From Macrostomum lignano (lineage: Eukaryota), in contig NIVC01002184.1 in assembly GCA_002269645.1 (NCBI GenBank), positions 62,001-126,000 on the forward strand: 64,000 bases of DNA, written 5' to 3'. Shown one piece after another: positions 34,361 to 46,977 of the stretch. The notes below the pieces were generated by a model. It did no database searches. It was not told where the DNA came from and saw nothing but the letters and a program-made list of their open reading frames with translations. Numbering within the stretch: position 1 is the stretch's first letter; each line of letters starts with the position of its first letter. Both the position numbers and the translations under genes were made by a program.

Positions 34361-36728
34361 CCACTTGTCTACGACAGAATTCCTTCCCCACATCTCTATC
34401 TTACCAAATGGCAAGCACTGCATGCCATAGACAATTTAGATCTGCGCTGTACACTTCGAATTCCAAAACAGTTGCTTTATTATGGACAGGCAAGAAAACA
34501 CTTTCTCAACAGGAGAAGTGACATCTTTGACTGGAGAATAGTCTATGGCCAACCTAGAAAAAAGGCAAGAGGGAGGGAATACAGGCATGAAAAGCTAACT
34601 GCAAGAATTTTTACTGGTGCCTCCTTAGCTCACCACCCCAACTTACCAAATCTACAATGCAAGCGGTCAGACAGCGACGGCAAGCAGCCAAGCAAGCCTT
34701 GCGAAACTTGGGCCTCGACAGCGAATCGAGCGATGAGTCGAGCGATGACTCATTTTTCACTGCCGAGAGCGAGGGAGAGGACGGTGACGAAAATCAAACA
34801 GGCAACGATGGACCGGAGGAAGACGATCAGGGAATGATGCACGATGATTGGAGATCAGTAACTCCAGAGACTGATGCTCGAGCTAATTCCCTTCCCGAGT
34901 TCCTCGGGGCAAGCGGAGTCAATCCGGGATTCTCCGTACCTGCTGATGTTGACGACGGCTGGACAGCCATTTTCGAGCAATTTTTACCCGATGAGTTGCT
35001 GCTTCAGATGTGCATGTGGACAAACAAGAGAGCGCAGCTGGATATTGCCAAGTTTCAAGAAGAACACGGAGATGATGAACTGCCTTACGGGCTCAGAACG
35101 TGGAAGCCCTGCACTGTTTCTGAGATGAAGAAGGTGATCGGCGTTATATTATATACCGGAGTTGTACAGAAACCGGAGGTGACGGCTTACTGGTCCACGG
35201 ACCCGTTTTACTTTCATCCCTACTTTCAAAGCATGAAGATGCTTCCTCGCTCGCGGTTTCAACAAATCATGTCATGGCTGCGTTGCGATGAATGTCTTGA
35301 CTTCGACGCTGGTGATCCCTTGTGCAAGATCAGGCCGTTCCTAGACATGGTCCAGACAGACAGTTTGCAAGAACAGCTACATGCCCGGTCAAAGCATTGC
35401 CGTTGATGAAGCGCTGCTGCTCTATAAAGGGAGGCTGATTTTTAAGCAGTACATGCCCAACAAGAGAGCCAAGTTTGGCATCAAATTGTACTGCCTTGCA
35501 GAGTCTTCTACAGGCTACATGTGGAACTATCTGATACATTCAACCACCATTGCGAATGAACAGTTCGGCAACGATGTGCCGCAGCTCTCAATCAGTGAGA
35601 GAGTCGTCGTTGAACTTTGTCGCGACATTCTGGACCTTGGATATCGGGTCTTTTGCGACAGTTGGTTTTCATCGGTGCGACTGGCCAAGTTCCTTCTGAC
35701 CAGAGGAACAACCTTAACTGGGACCGTTCGCAAAGACCGAGGCGTTCCACCGATTCTGCGAGATATGCTCTTGCAACCACCGAGTCATTCCTTTGCCCGA
35801 CATGGTGACATCCTTGCTGTGAAGCTGGTTGACAGGCGAAGCTCAGGAACAAAGACGGTCTATCTGTTGGACTCCGCTTCAACGCTGCTAGCTCTTTGGT
35901 TAGCCGGGTACTGCGCGGTGGTGTGGAGCAGCAGCTGCTGAAGCCCAACTCGGTTTTGCAATATAATCACAACATGGGAGGTGTGGATCGGATGGATGCC
36001 GCAGCCCAGCCTTACAGCGCATGCCGCCGAACGCACAAATGGTTCGTAAAGTTGGCGGTGTTCCTGCTACAGCAGCTGGTTCGCAACTCCTGGATTGTGT
36101 ACCGACATCTAGGTGGATCCATGAGCTTTCTCAGCTACACTGAAAGGTGTGTAAAGCACTTGATTGAAAGCAGCGGAAATGGTCGATCGAGAGTTAAGCG
36201 TCAGGCTCTTCCCCGTCAGCCAGGCGACATTCATCACCGGCTGGAAATGCTACCCGCTACCGCAGCACAAGAACGGCCTACCAAGCGTTGCCGAGTTTGT
36301 TACCAGCGCAGACTGAAAAAGCGGACCGTCTACTTCTGCCAAGGCTGTGACGGTCAGCCTGGGCTTTGCCTGGAGCCGTGCTTCTTTGAGTGGCACTCGG
36401 CTAACTGATTGCTGGCGCTTTGCTGAAACTGTAATCGAACTGTTGCTAAAATTATTTTCATTCACTTGCATGCAGCTTCATTTGCCCTTATGTTCTTAAG
36501 ATTTACCTTTGTGCATGCAATGTATGTCGTTTTCTATTTGTTTTGTGACACTCCGACGCAGTATGACAATACAAACAGTTTTTTGGCCTTGGCATGCATA
36601 GCATTCCATTTGGTTGAGTCAGACAATGATTCTGTCTAAACTCGCTTTCCCATCGACTTCAAATCTGTCTATGGTCAATTGACAGAATGAACGATGGCAT
36701 GCACAGCATGCCACTGGTAATCATAAGG
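34361..36728 (+). mobile_element. piggyBac DNA transposon (PGBD4-like), boundaries approximate
   Basis: TTAA at 34357-34360 and 36729-36732; imperfect subterminal inverted match (TTACCAAATGGCAAGCACTGCATGCCAT vs TTACCAGTGGCATGCTGTGCATGCCAT); encloses the transposase. Confidence 0.75.
34657..36408 (+). pseudogene. piggyBac transposase with two frameshifts
   Basis: DDD triad (AVDEALL, FCDSWFSS, MGGVDRMD) and C-terminal Cys-rich domain (CRVC...FCQGCDGQPGLCLEPCF). A 4-bp ACAG duplication near 35358 and a 1-bp deletion near 35877 split it into three ORFs. Confidence 0.92.
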
Positions 36729-39614
36729 TTAAGGAGGTTTAGCTGAGTAATGAGGTTTCATTAGGGTTGTCGACCCAGGAGAGCTCGACTTCGTCAGATT
36801 TTCATCCATCTCTAACCTGCAATCAATTATTTTCGGACAGGGGCAGGAAGAGAGAAAAGTATTGAGTTTTTGCGCTATACTCAGAACTTTTTCCTTTAGA
36901 GAGCGCAGCTGATTAATTATACCTTCGTACTCTGGAGTTTTGGTCCCCGTTGCACCTGCATCCCTGTCGGAGATTCGGAATATCCTCACTGACTGCACAA
37001 AGAGCTAAGCTACAGGTTTGAATGAGTCAGCTAGCAGTTGTAAATGGATTTAATTCTGAACTGTTTTCCCCGAGAACTCCAATTTTTCACGACCCAAATT
37101 TGTCCACCTGGCAGAACCCCACTCTCAGCACTATGCTTTCTGAGCCAAGGACCCCTGGAAGTAAGTGGAAGCTACGAAAATACGTTCCTTGAGCTCGTTT
37201 CTAAGAAAATTGAGAGTATAGTTTCCTTTTACTTCAGTTGTCCATATCATGAGCTCCAATTCGCAAGGCCTTAAAATGACAAAGTCGGGGCCGCTGTACA
37301 CCCAGTATGAGCAGGGATTCGTGCGTGCTCTCAGGGTCAGAGGAATGGTCATTGGGACTCGCCTGAAGCGCCCTTGACAACTAACAACCATATACATTCC
37401 AGCGCGACTGTCACAGTGAATCAACTCAGTTCGCCATCTAACAGGGATGAGAAGCTCTCGCGAGCACAATGCTGATGCTTCTTCTTCCACAAAGAGTGGC
37501 AGCAGCATGCATCCGCGTATAGTCATTATTTGAAAATCGAACTCTTGCTTTGTTTGTGTCTGTCAAATCTCATTTTTTATGACACTTTCTTCTCTTTACT
37601 CGTACTAAAGCTCATAACTCTTAAAACAAAAAAGCAAAAGCTTTAAGACTTTTGGAGAGAGAAGCATGCAATGTCGGAAGTAAGCCGATAGTTGTAGCTT
37701 TGAGACAGCCAGCACTCACAGTGAGTGACGCCCTGAAATGACGAGAGCAGATTGCGTGAATTCTCATGCCTATAGGCTACACCTACATCCCCTCAGTTCA
37801 TTCTGCTATCCGTTCTTTGAGAATTTGAGAATTTTGAGAAAGACGCTACAAACTCATAGGCTAAATTGCTAACGCAGACTGGCAATCCAGTAAAGTTTAT
37901 AGTTGCTCCCATCTCTTTAGATTTTCTAGACTGAAATCGTTTGTCCATGACAAAACTGTTGCCATGGTCCTGACCGAACCGCGGCCGGGGAGAGCCGCTG
38001 AATCCATCGTCGGCCGCCAAAGCGGTACCCGAATTGAATTATGAATCAAGAACTGAACTTGATTGAACTTTTGAACTTTTGACATGCGATCCGGAATCCC
38101 ATGAATCCCATGTAGGGGGGGTGGTGTTGTGGCGAGTGCGCACTGTGCCGAGGGTTTTTTTAAAGTACGCTATGTGTCGCTCCGGCTCACTCATTCTCGG
38201 TCAGCTCACTCAAGTCGAGTTAATGCCTGATGGAGCGGGCGGCGCAGGAATTCTTTCTTCACAGAAAAAAGCGCAGGAAAGCTTGAAGGAGTCGACGTGA
38301 GGAACAGCTAACTGCACAAAATATCCCATTTTCTGGGCAAATCTGAGACCGCTCGACCCGCGGCAATAATTCCATCTTGTTGCGCCTACCAGAGCGTATC
38401 TAATTAGCTTCTCAGGTATGTCACCAGCAGGAATATTTCACACTTGGCTGCCAGATTATAATAGGAGCAGTGCGTGAGGAGCTAAAAATCTGGCTGAAAA
38501 ATTCACGCCAACAAAATCAGTCGTCGAGCTGAATAGCGATTTCATTAGTCATTCACAGCAATTGCACGTCGCTTTCCTGGTCTAGAGAGGAAAGTTTGTC
38601 ATTAATTTTACATTGAATAATGTTACGTCAAACGTTGGCGTAACGTAAAAACAACCTTCTTTTTCCAGAAACTTCGACCGATACCCGGTACGTTGACGAA
38701 ACGCCCGAGTGTTGCACGGGTCTGCAGGGGGTGAAGAGTCTTGGCCAAAATTGAGCAGTAATCAGCAACTGCCATACAGGATCATAGGCTTTCTCGCCCA
38801 ACGACAATGCAATAAAGTTAAACGTAATCCACAGGGAAATTCTACGAATTTTAGTGGATGAATTTTTCATCGAATCCCTTGGCTGTGCATGTTTGAGCTG
38901 GATTGCAATTTTTAAGAACAAGAAATTGTCGGTGCTTCAGAGCATCCCTGTGCGTGCCCGGGAGTCGGCAAAATTGGCACACTGTTGCGTTAATGCGAAA
39001 TGTTTTTGAACGCCAAAAAGAAAGACGCAGCACTCGCAATTCTTGCTAATTTCACTCTGTGCAGGCCGCGCCACAACCGGCGAGAGGTATTACTACCCAT
39101 TCCGCCGACTCCCTGAGCAGGAACACAAGCGCGCGGATGCGTACGCAGTCATATGCACAGCTCAGGCACACACACAGGAGTGTACAGCGACCCTTCACTA
39201 TACCTTGGGGGTTGGTCCTCACCTCAAGGTCGTTAATTGCACGAGCAGAACCAAGCCGAAATTCCAATATAGCCCCAAATTTGGAATCAAGCCTGGACCG
39301 CTGGCTCATTGCTACAGACGCCTAATAGCGAGATGGAAGCTTTAAGTTTTCGACACAAAATTCATATCTCTATACTGATGGACTTCAGAAATTAGGATTC
39401 TCTTATACGAGTTGGCCAAGTCTCGCATGTCTGCTTTATTTGAAACTAAGGTGATACAGAGCCAAAACTGTACACCTGCCTATCTCGCTAATGCAGTTAT
39501 TAGCACAACTTGCGAGCGCAGCAGCCTTCCACTCCAGCTGTTCGTGAATGAGCAAAACCACTGGCCTCCTTGCGCATGGTTGCGGATCAGCTCTTACCCT
39601 AATTTGCTTCAAAT

Positions 39615-40384
39615 AGTAGGAAAATAAACGTCAACAAAAACATAAAATAAAATTTTCTTTCTAGCCAACGCGTTTCGTCAAACACGAGACGTCGTCAGGG
39701 CAAATTCAATTAACCTTAATTTACAACACCAATATATTTAAGCAAAACAAACTGTACAGTCCAAAGGCGGGTCCAAACACGAGACGTCGTCAGGGCAAAT
39801 TCAATTAACCTTAATTCACAACACCAATATATTTAAGCAAAACAAACTGTACAGTCCAAAGGCGGGTCCAAACACGAGACGTCGTCAGGGCAAATTCAAT
39901 TAACCTTAATTCACAACACCAATATATTTAAGCAAAACAAACTGTACAGTCCAAAGGCGGGTCCAAACACGAGACGTCGTCAGGGCAAATTCAATTAACC
40001 TTAATTCACAACACCAATATATTTAAGCAAAACAAACTGTACAGTCCAAAGGCGGGTCCAAACACGAGACGTCGTCAGGGCAAATTCAATTAACCTTAAT
40101 TCACAACACCAATATATTTAAGCAAAACAAACTGTACAGTCCAAAGGCGGGTCCAAACACGAGACGTCGTCAGGGCAAATTCAATTAACCTTAATTCACA
40201 ACACCAATATATTTAAGCAAAACAAACTGTACAGTCCAAAGGCGGGTCCAAACACGAGACGTCGTCAGGGCAAATTCAATTAACCTTAATTCACAACACC
40301 AATATATTTAAGCAAAACAAACGAAACGCGTTGGCTAGAAAGAAAATTTTATATTATGTTTTTGTTGACGTTTATTTTCCTACT
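39615..40384 (-). mobile_element. Penelope-like (pLTR-derived) non-autonomous element: 6.75 x 95-bp tandem units flanked by 64-bp inverted repeats
   Basis: Units start at 39680, 39775, 39870, 39965, 40060, 40155 and 40250 (last truncated at 40320). 39615-39678 is the reverse complement of 40321-40384 with one mismatch. A hammerhead motif sits at the left junction. Confidence 0.75.
39664..39701 (-). ncRNA. Minimal type I hammerhead ribozyme candidate
   Basis: The minus strand reads GCC-CUGACGA-C-GUC-UCGUGUUU-GAC-GAAA-CGCGU-U-GGC: core boxes, 3-bp stem II, palindromic ACGCGU stem III, GUU cleavage triplet and GCC/GGC stem I. Confidence 0.6.
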
Positions 40385-41129
40385 GTTTGTTAGTCGAGCT
40401 ACACTTCCACTAATTTGCTTCATTTCATCATGAACTGTACCACTAGCCAAGCCTGATAGCATCTGTAAGCCTAACCTAAAGGACATTATTTCGGTTGTAT
40501 TACTATTTTTAACACTTGGCCTGCATCGTAGTAGCATCAGCCTGAATCAGTCGGCATATTGCATCCCCGTGGATAGCGCACGGCTACAGGTAGATGGCAG
40601 AGTGCGTGAGGAAGCGGGCCTGATTGGGAGATGGCGAAGAGTGTCGGATAGGCAGTATCCTGCTCCCTCATCTCTGCAGGTGCTCCAATCTTCTCGGATC
40701 TGCCGCGCCTGGAAACAGACCCGCATATTTCATCTCCTCCTCATCACCTCGCTTTGAATGCGAAAAGAGAAGAATTCGGCAACACTGACAGAACAGCCTC
40801 TCTCGGGGGCCTGAATATTAGGCTTCAAAAGATGTCTATTTTTGACTCCACTGAGGAAGCATGCTGTTAGGTCAAGGCATTCCCTTGCTGCCAACTACAC
40901 CCCGTCAGATGAGGAATCCGGAATGAAACAGTGTCAGGACTTCATTTCTCAATTTTATAACAACGTGCGGAATGTACTTGATAAAAGAGTAGACTAAAGA
41001 AAATTCAATTTACTGGTTTGATTGATTGATTGACTAAAATAAATCAATCCGTTTACTAACTTATTGGAAGGCGAGCAGGGGATGAACTCCAGCTTCAATA
41101 TTTCTGAAATACTCGGTGGCACAACAATC

Positions 41130-41826
41130 ACTACCCACTAGGCACTAGCACCCAAATCGCCTCCCACTATTAGCACCCAATTCATTACCCACTAGCACCC
41201 AAATCGCTTCTTACCAGCACCCAAATCGCTACCCACTAGTAGCACCCAATTCATTACCCACTAGCACCCAAATCGCTACCCACTAGTTAGCACCCAAATC
41301 GCTACCCACTAGCACCCAAATCACAGCCCCTATAGCACCTAAGTCACTGCTCAAGCACCGATGTCACAGCCCCTATAGCACCTAAGTCACTGCTCAAGCG
41401 CCGATGTCACAGCCCCTATAGCACCTAAGTCACTGCTCAAGCGCCGATGTCACAGCCCCTATAGCACCTAAGTCACTGCTCAAGCGCCGATGTCACAGCC
41501 CCTATAGCACCTAAGTCACTGCTCAAGCACCGATGTCACAGCCCCTATAGCACCTAAGTCACTGCTCAAGCACCGATGTCACAGCCCCTATAGCACCTAA
41601 GTCACTGCTCAAGCACCGATGTCACAGCCCCTATAGCACCTAAGTCACTGCTCAAGCGCCGATGTCACAGCCCCTATAGCACCTAAGTCACTGCTCAAGC
41701 ACTGATGTCACAGCCCCTATAGCACCTAAGTCACTGCTCAAGCACCGATGTCACAGCCCCTATAGCACCTAAGTCACTGCTCAAGCACCGATGTCACAGC
41801 CCCTATGGCACCTAAATCACTGCTCC
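41130..41826 (+). repeat. Composite array: about 22-bp units (41130-41320) then a 43-bp unit x about 11.7 (41322-41826)
   Basis: 43-bp unit CACAGCCCCTATAGCACCTAAGTCACTGCTCAAGCACCGATGT read directly; both arrays share a TAGCACC core. Confidence 0.93.
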
Positions 41827-42308
41827 AAAGCGTCAAAAGCTTTAATAAGGCCATGGGACATTCGCTATTGACGGGATTAGGATAAGACTAGCTTAGATTT
41901 TAGATATCTTTAGGGATTGAATTGGCCAACACGAATAGAGCCCCGGCCGCAGTTGGCAATTAATGCATGCACAAAACGGGCTCAATCAGTGTGGGCAGTT
42001 AAGCGTACGTGTAGTGCAAGCTCTTAATTAAATTTTCTACACATAAAATACGATCGCCAGACGAGATAACGAATAAAAAATGCAATATGACAGTCTCGAT
42101 CGTGTCCGCGATTGAGTTCCAGAAAGTCAAAGATTCACCGATCATACATTTATACTCGGAAGTAGTCACATGACACAGCTCTCGCATATGCAGTATATCG
42201 CATATTTTGCGTTGCACTTAAGCTTACGGAAGATGAGGCCAGCAACGCTAGCTATGAAACTGTACCAGATGGAATTGGTGGCGGACAACAACGTAGACCG
42301 TGGTCAGG

Positions 42309-42550
42309 ATGAGCGATGAAAAGCACAGCCTCGTCATCGACGCCCTAGACAGGGGTGAGCGGCCGGTCGACGTTGCCCGATGGTTCCAGGTCAACATTAA
42401 GACTGTTTTGTCAACCCGAAGGCGATACGAAGTTACTGGACGCCGTCATCGATTCCCCCAAGGCCAAGGCGTCGGCCGAGTACCAAAACTTGCAGTTGCC
42501 CATATGCAGCACCTCGTTGACAAAATCAACGCTAACCTAGCTCAGATGAA
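42309..42550 (+). pseudogene. Tc1/mariner-like transposase N-terminal HTH fragment
   Basis: MSDEKHSLVIDALDRGERPVDVARWFQVNIKTVLSTRRRYEVTG...GRVPKL resembles the paired-type HTH and GRPxK linker; no DDE domain follows. Confidence 0.55.
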
Positions 42551-43270
42551 AAACCTGCTGAAAAACGTTTTGCTCATGTCCATGTTTTGCTCATTTTGGC
42601 TCATTGCCAGAACTGTGTTGCAGCTGCTGTTGTTTATTTTCCCACTCTGTTATGGCCAACCAAGCGCCTGCCTATGTTCCCTCATTTGCTCATACTTTGC
42701 TCATTTGCTCATATGTTGCTCGTATTGACCTATTAAAATTATACCCTTGCCACAACACCACCCACTGGGCGGCCGATTGAAAGCTTTTCAAACTGCGATA
42801 GAGCATGAATGGATTAAGTCTGTGCCCCAAGGCTAAAGTAAATTGCCCACTAGCCACCAGTAGAATAGAATCTACTAATAGAATAGAATAGAGACCATAG
42901 AATCGATCGGCAGCTGCCCTTGCCAGTGTAATTCTGCCACTTAGGATTAAGTAATTTGCCTGTAAGCTTAAGTGCAACGTTTTCTGAACAGTGAGTGACA
43001 CAGTCGTGCACGCTGTGTACACTTAGCTTGACGTTCAATTACCTAAGCTAGCTACCGCCCCTGATTCTGCCTTTTGACCACTGGACAAGAATTGTGTACA
43101 TTTGGTTTAACTTTCAATCTCAATCTATAATTCTCTCTCCTACCTACTATACCTATGTATGTTGTCAAGCCAAGTTGTAATCAATTGTTTTCAATCTTAC
43201 CCTCCTTACCTGTGTACGTTGCAAAAACCAATATTTAATCAATCGCTTTCAATCTCAATTTCTCAAATCG

Positions 43271-43328
43271 TTCTAATAAAATCCTGACGATGCACCATGG
43301 CGTGCGAAACGCGTTGAAGTTGTTAGAA
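43271..43328 (+). ncRNA. Type I hammerhead ribozyme candidate (Penelope/retrozyme type)
   Basis: CUGACGA 43284-43290, extra U, stem II GCAC/GUGC, GAAA 43306-43309, palindromic ACGCGU stem III, GUU triplet. Stem I has 11 bp (UUCUAAUAA/UUGUUAGAA plus UC/GA) around a 2x2 internal loop. Confidence 0.7.
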
Positions 43329-46300
43329 ATTGCAATCATATTCAAATGTTGATATTAAGCTTTCTATTTATTCTCAACGCAAAATGCTACATATAGTTTT
43401 TATAATGCACTGATACCAAATAAAGAATTCCGTTGTCTATGGCAGCGGAGATAAGCTACTGATAATCTACTCAAGTTTTTAACACTAGGGAATAGACAAT
43501 GGATAAATAATCAGCGGTCTCAGTACGTGACAACGAATCGTCTGGCGAGCGCCAAAGACAATTCGTTGTCACGTGCTGTGACCGTTGATTCTTTGCATTG
43601 TTTTTCTGTTTGACGATCCTACAGACAATGCATTGTTTGTAGTAATGGATTGTTCTGCTTTAAAATGTGAATAATGATCGTCAAATTGCTAAACAATGTA
43701 TTGTGGCTTAATGTTCGCCACTAGCCTGGGAACACTGGTGACATTGTTCTGCATAAAATGTGCGAACAATGATCGTCAAATTGGTAAACAATGCGAACAG
43801 GCACAATGAATTACATTAGAATAATTACAATTTAACCAGGAGATACTCTAGGCATAAACACCGAGGCATTGTTTAGGACATCGCGTTGGACTCCAGTTCG
43901 AATGCCTTACGAGCTAGATGAAGCTTAGAGAAAGCTTGCAGAAGAAGAACTGCAGGAAACGGCTGCTAAAAGTACAAATGCAAACCAGAATCTGCTTGGC
44001 GCAAAGTCGCGGGGTTCATCGGGGACGACCGCGGGGAGGGGGGGGGGCAACTCTGCGGGGATTACATAGCTCGTAATTCTGATGAAGAGTCCCGGCTGCA
44101 TTTGCTGAGCAAATTTGCCGCGTGCTGTCTGCGATCTGTCCGTCTTATCGGAGCAAATGCGAGCTCTGGCTGCTGTTTCCGCTCCGCGCAGATGCGCGCC
44201 CTGTGGAATATCGATAATTGCAAATGGATGCTGATGAGAGTTTTACACACACAGCCAGCTATATTGTGGACATTTCATTATTTCAGTCTCAATCTAGCCG
44301 CTAAGATAAAAAAATTTTTCTGGCTAAATAAGACATGCAGATTTCAATCCGCCTACTGTTATGAGCATATATAGCAGCTCTCTTATAGTTGCCACAAAAC
44401 AACAGACATACCACATGCAGCTATGAACTGAAACCTGATTCCATCTCAGATTTTACTCCCTTGACAGCAACGTTTGGAACAACGGCTTCGGATGAGGCCG
44501 AGCCAGCGAGGTCAGGCAGATGGAAGTGGACTCGACTTTCGAGACACATCCGGAGACAATGGTGCTGTGACGCTTCTGCTGGGAAAGCGACAGCGCTATA
44601 TACGAGCTACTCGTATCGTTCTAGAGCAGTGATGGTGTCCGGCTGACACGAGCAATATCCTCTGCAGGTTGGAGTGATTCGTGATTCATCATCCGGGGCC
44701 ACCTGCTTCACCCAACCTGTGTCTGACCATCGGTGTGCGTATGTACCACTTTGACCGACTGTCGGGCTTCCACTGGCGATTAACGGTCAGAAACAGTGCA
44801 TCGTGGAAATTCTTTTGGAAGACGTGACATATAATTGCGACACAGAGACAAACAATGCAGCGAATATGACCTTCTGTATAAAACGCCTTCACAACCTTCG
44901 ATATTGATGTTTAGATTCATTCTGAAAATACCAGGATATCCAGACCGATTGTAACAGCTGACTATTAAAGGGCTTATAAGTGCAATGAATATCAGGCTGA
45001 TATATACATCCATCGTGCATTTTCTATACCTCGGTTAGTAGACCTAGCTGAATGTCTATTAAACCAAACCCAGCATTCATCTTCAATGAAGAGTTTAAGA
45101 GTGGTGATCAGCAGTCACTCAAAAACTCCCACTTCCTAGACACTGGGGAACAAGTGCCCTATAGGTATGTGCAAAATCAAAACATCTCTTACTGTAGTGG
45201 ATCCTTAGTAGCTAGCTCTTGACTTCTTGTTTCGGCGGCGGTGAGGTGTTGCCTCTGTGAGTCGTTGACTTTATCTGTGCATGGGTCGACCAAAAGCGAG
45301 AGCGAATCAGAACTTGACGGTCCTCGAGCTCGGAATTAACAATAGAACGTGCGCCCACAATTGTAATTCTCTAAATATCTGTAATAGGACCTATATTTGT
45401 CCTCCTGAAGGGCGTTTTCTTCGCTGCGTCCGAAATGTAACGGATAACTCAAATCAAATCATTAAATCCTCTAGGACCCAAGGAAATAGGAGGCCTTTCT
45501 CAAATGTGTCGACAATAAACGGCTCTCGTATACTCAATTAATCATCTTATTAACACTAACAATCAAAGAACTGAATCCGGTAAACATGCACTTACCAAAA
45601 ATTGGACAGTGTGGTCCCTCAGCGATTAGTCTTCTTTGTTCCTTCAGAGTCAATTCTTAGAGACCGCTCTGAGTCTGAATTTTTACTCGGATTTTCACTT
45701 ATTCTTATAGCAAAATTTTGGGGCAAAAACAGTTTGGGATCGGATATTTACAATTAGGTCATTTATGTTTGATTAGGCTGTCATGTATGTGAGCACCTAC
45801 ATGGGGTTTAAGTAAATACAGCTGGTTGAAAACCGGTTCCTTAATCAAACAAATGTTCTGAATCACTCTGTTTGCGCATGATTCCTAAAAATAGATAAGA
45901 CCCGGCCATTCTAGAATTATTCGAGTACTTTAAGTAGGGCTTTACGGTATGTATCCCTCTACATCAAGATGATTCCATCTTGGACTCAGCATTATTGTCC
46001 CTGTAAATCAAATCCGCAACGAATCCGCAGCCTTCGTGGCCTCAGAAATAACATATAAACGGGGATAACTTATTCAGCGCAAATAACTTATGCTAGAGAT
46101 CTAGCATACTGAGTTTTCACAATTGAAAGTGTCGGTATTTAAAACAAAGATAACCAGTTTGACATGCAAGTATATATTTTTCAATAGCTCAATGCGATAA
46201 AAAAAATTTGTTTTAAAATCCAATTGAAAGATACATTTGCGATTTTGGTTTTATTGCAGACTTTTCTAGAAAACTTCCCTAGAAAAATCGAACTTTGTAA

Positions 46301-46689
46301 CCTATAACAAGGTATAACATAAGTACCTTGTTCTGACTCCACGGACGTTCACCTTATATATAGTACAACTTCTACATATGTAGCTTTGAAAGTATTTTTT
46401 ATAAAATTGTATAAAAACACCATCGAGTTTTGATAGGCCTAGCCATTCAGGGATACCATGTTTATATTTTTTATAAAATTGCATAAAAACACCATCGAGT
46501 TTAGATAGGCCTAGCCCTGAATGGCTTCAGGGCATTCAGGAAATCCAGACCATACTCAACAGAAATTGAGCTTAAAGTTAGACTTAATAGGCCTAGTACT
46601 AATATAATAAGCTATCCTAATAACTAATCCTATACTAATTTATAGGCCTATTCCTTATAAAGTAAATTGTCTATTCAATAGTGGAGGTT

Positions 46690-46977
46690 GGTAATGGCTA
46701 GGGTTCCGGCACTGGAACCCATTTTCTTATGGCTATGGATCCGGCAGTCTTTTGCAAGCAGTTATTTACTAATTAATTCTTGAACATTAGAAGGATCTTG
46801 ATTTGAATCTCATCATTTTGTTTTGATCTTATCTTAAACAAAATCTCAATATCAACCACCCATTAAAAAGTAAAATGTTTCTGCTATATTATACCCATAA
46901 ATTACACTATTTAAATACCACTGCTGGATCCATAGCTGTTAAAAATAGGTTCTAGTGCCAGAACTCTAGCCATTGCC
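46690..46977. mobile_element. Mutator-like MITE (288 bp)
   Basis: About 60-bp imperfect TIRs; 9-bp TSD GTGGAGGTT (46681-46689) / GTGGAGGGT (46978-46986). Confidence 0.75.

Noticed and set aside
39680-40320. CRISPR-like appearance of the regular array
   Set aside because: The units are contiguous and identical with no unique spacers, there are no cas genes, and the context is eukaryotic.
44880-45150. Possible decayed Penelope RT (IH...RPIVT)
   Set aside because: Only a few residues match across stops and frameshifts; it cannot be supported without a profile search.
45393-45445. Third hammerhead-like motif (CCTGAAGGGCG...CGTCCGAAATGTA)
   Set aside because: The core lacks G8-A9, stem III is not palindromic and stem I does not pair; at best a decayed relic.
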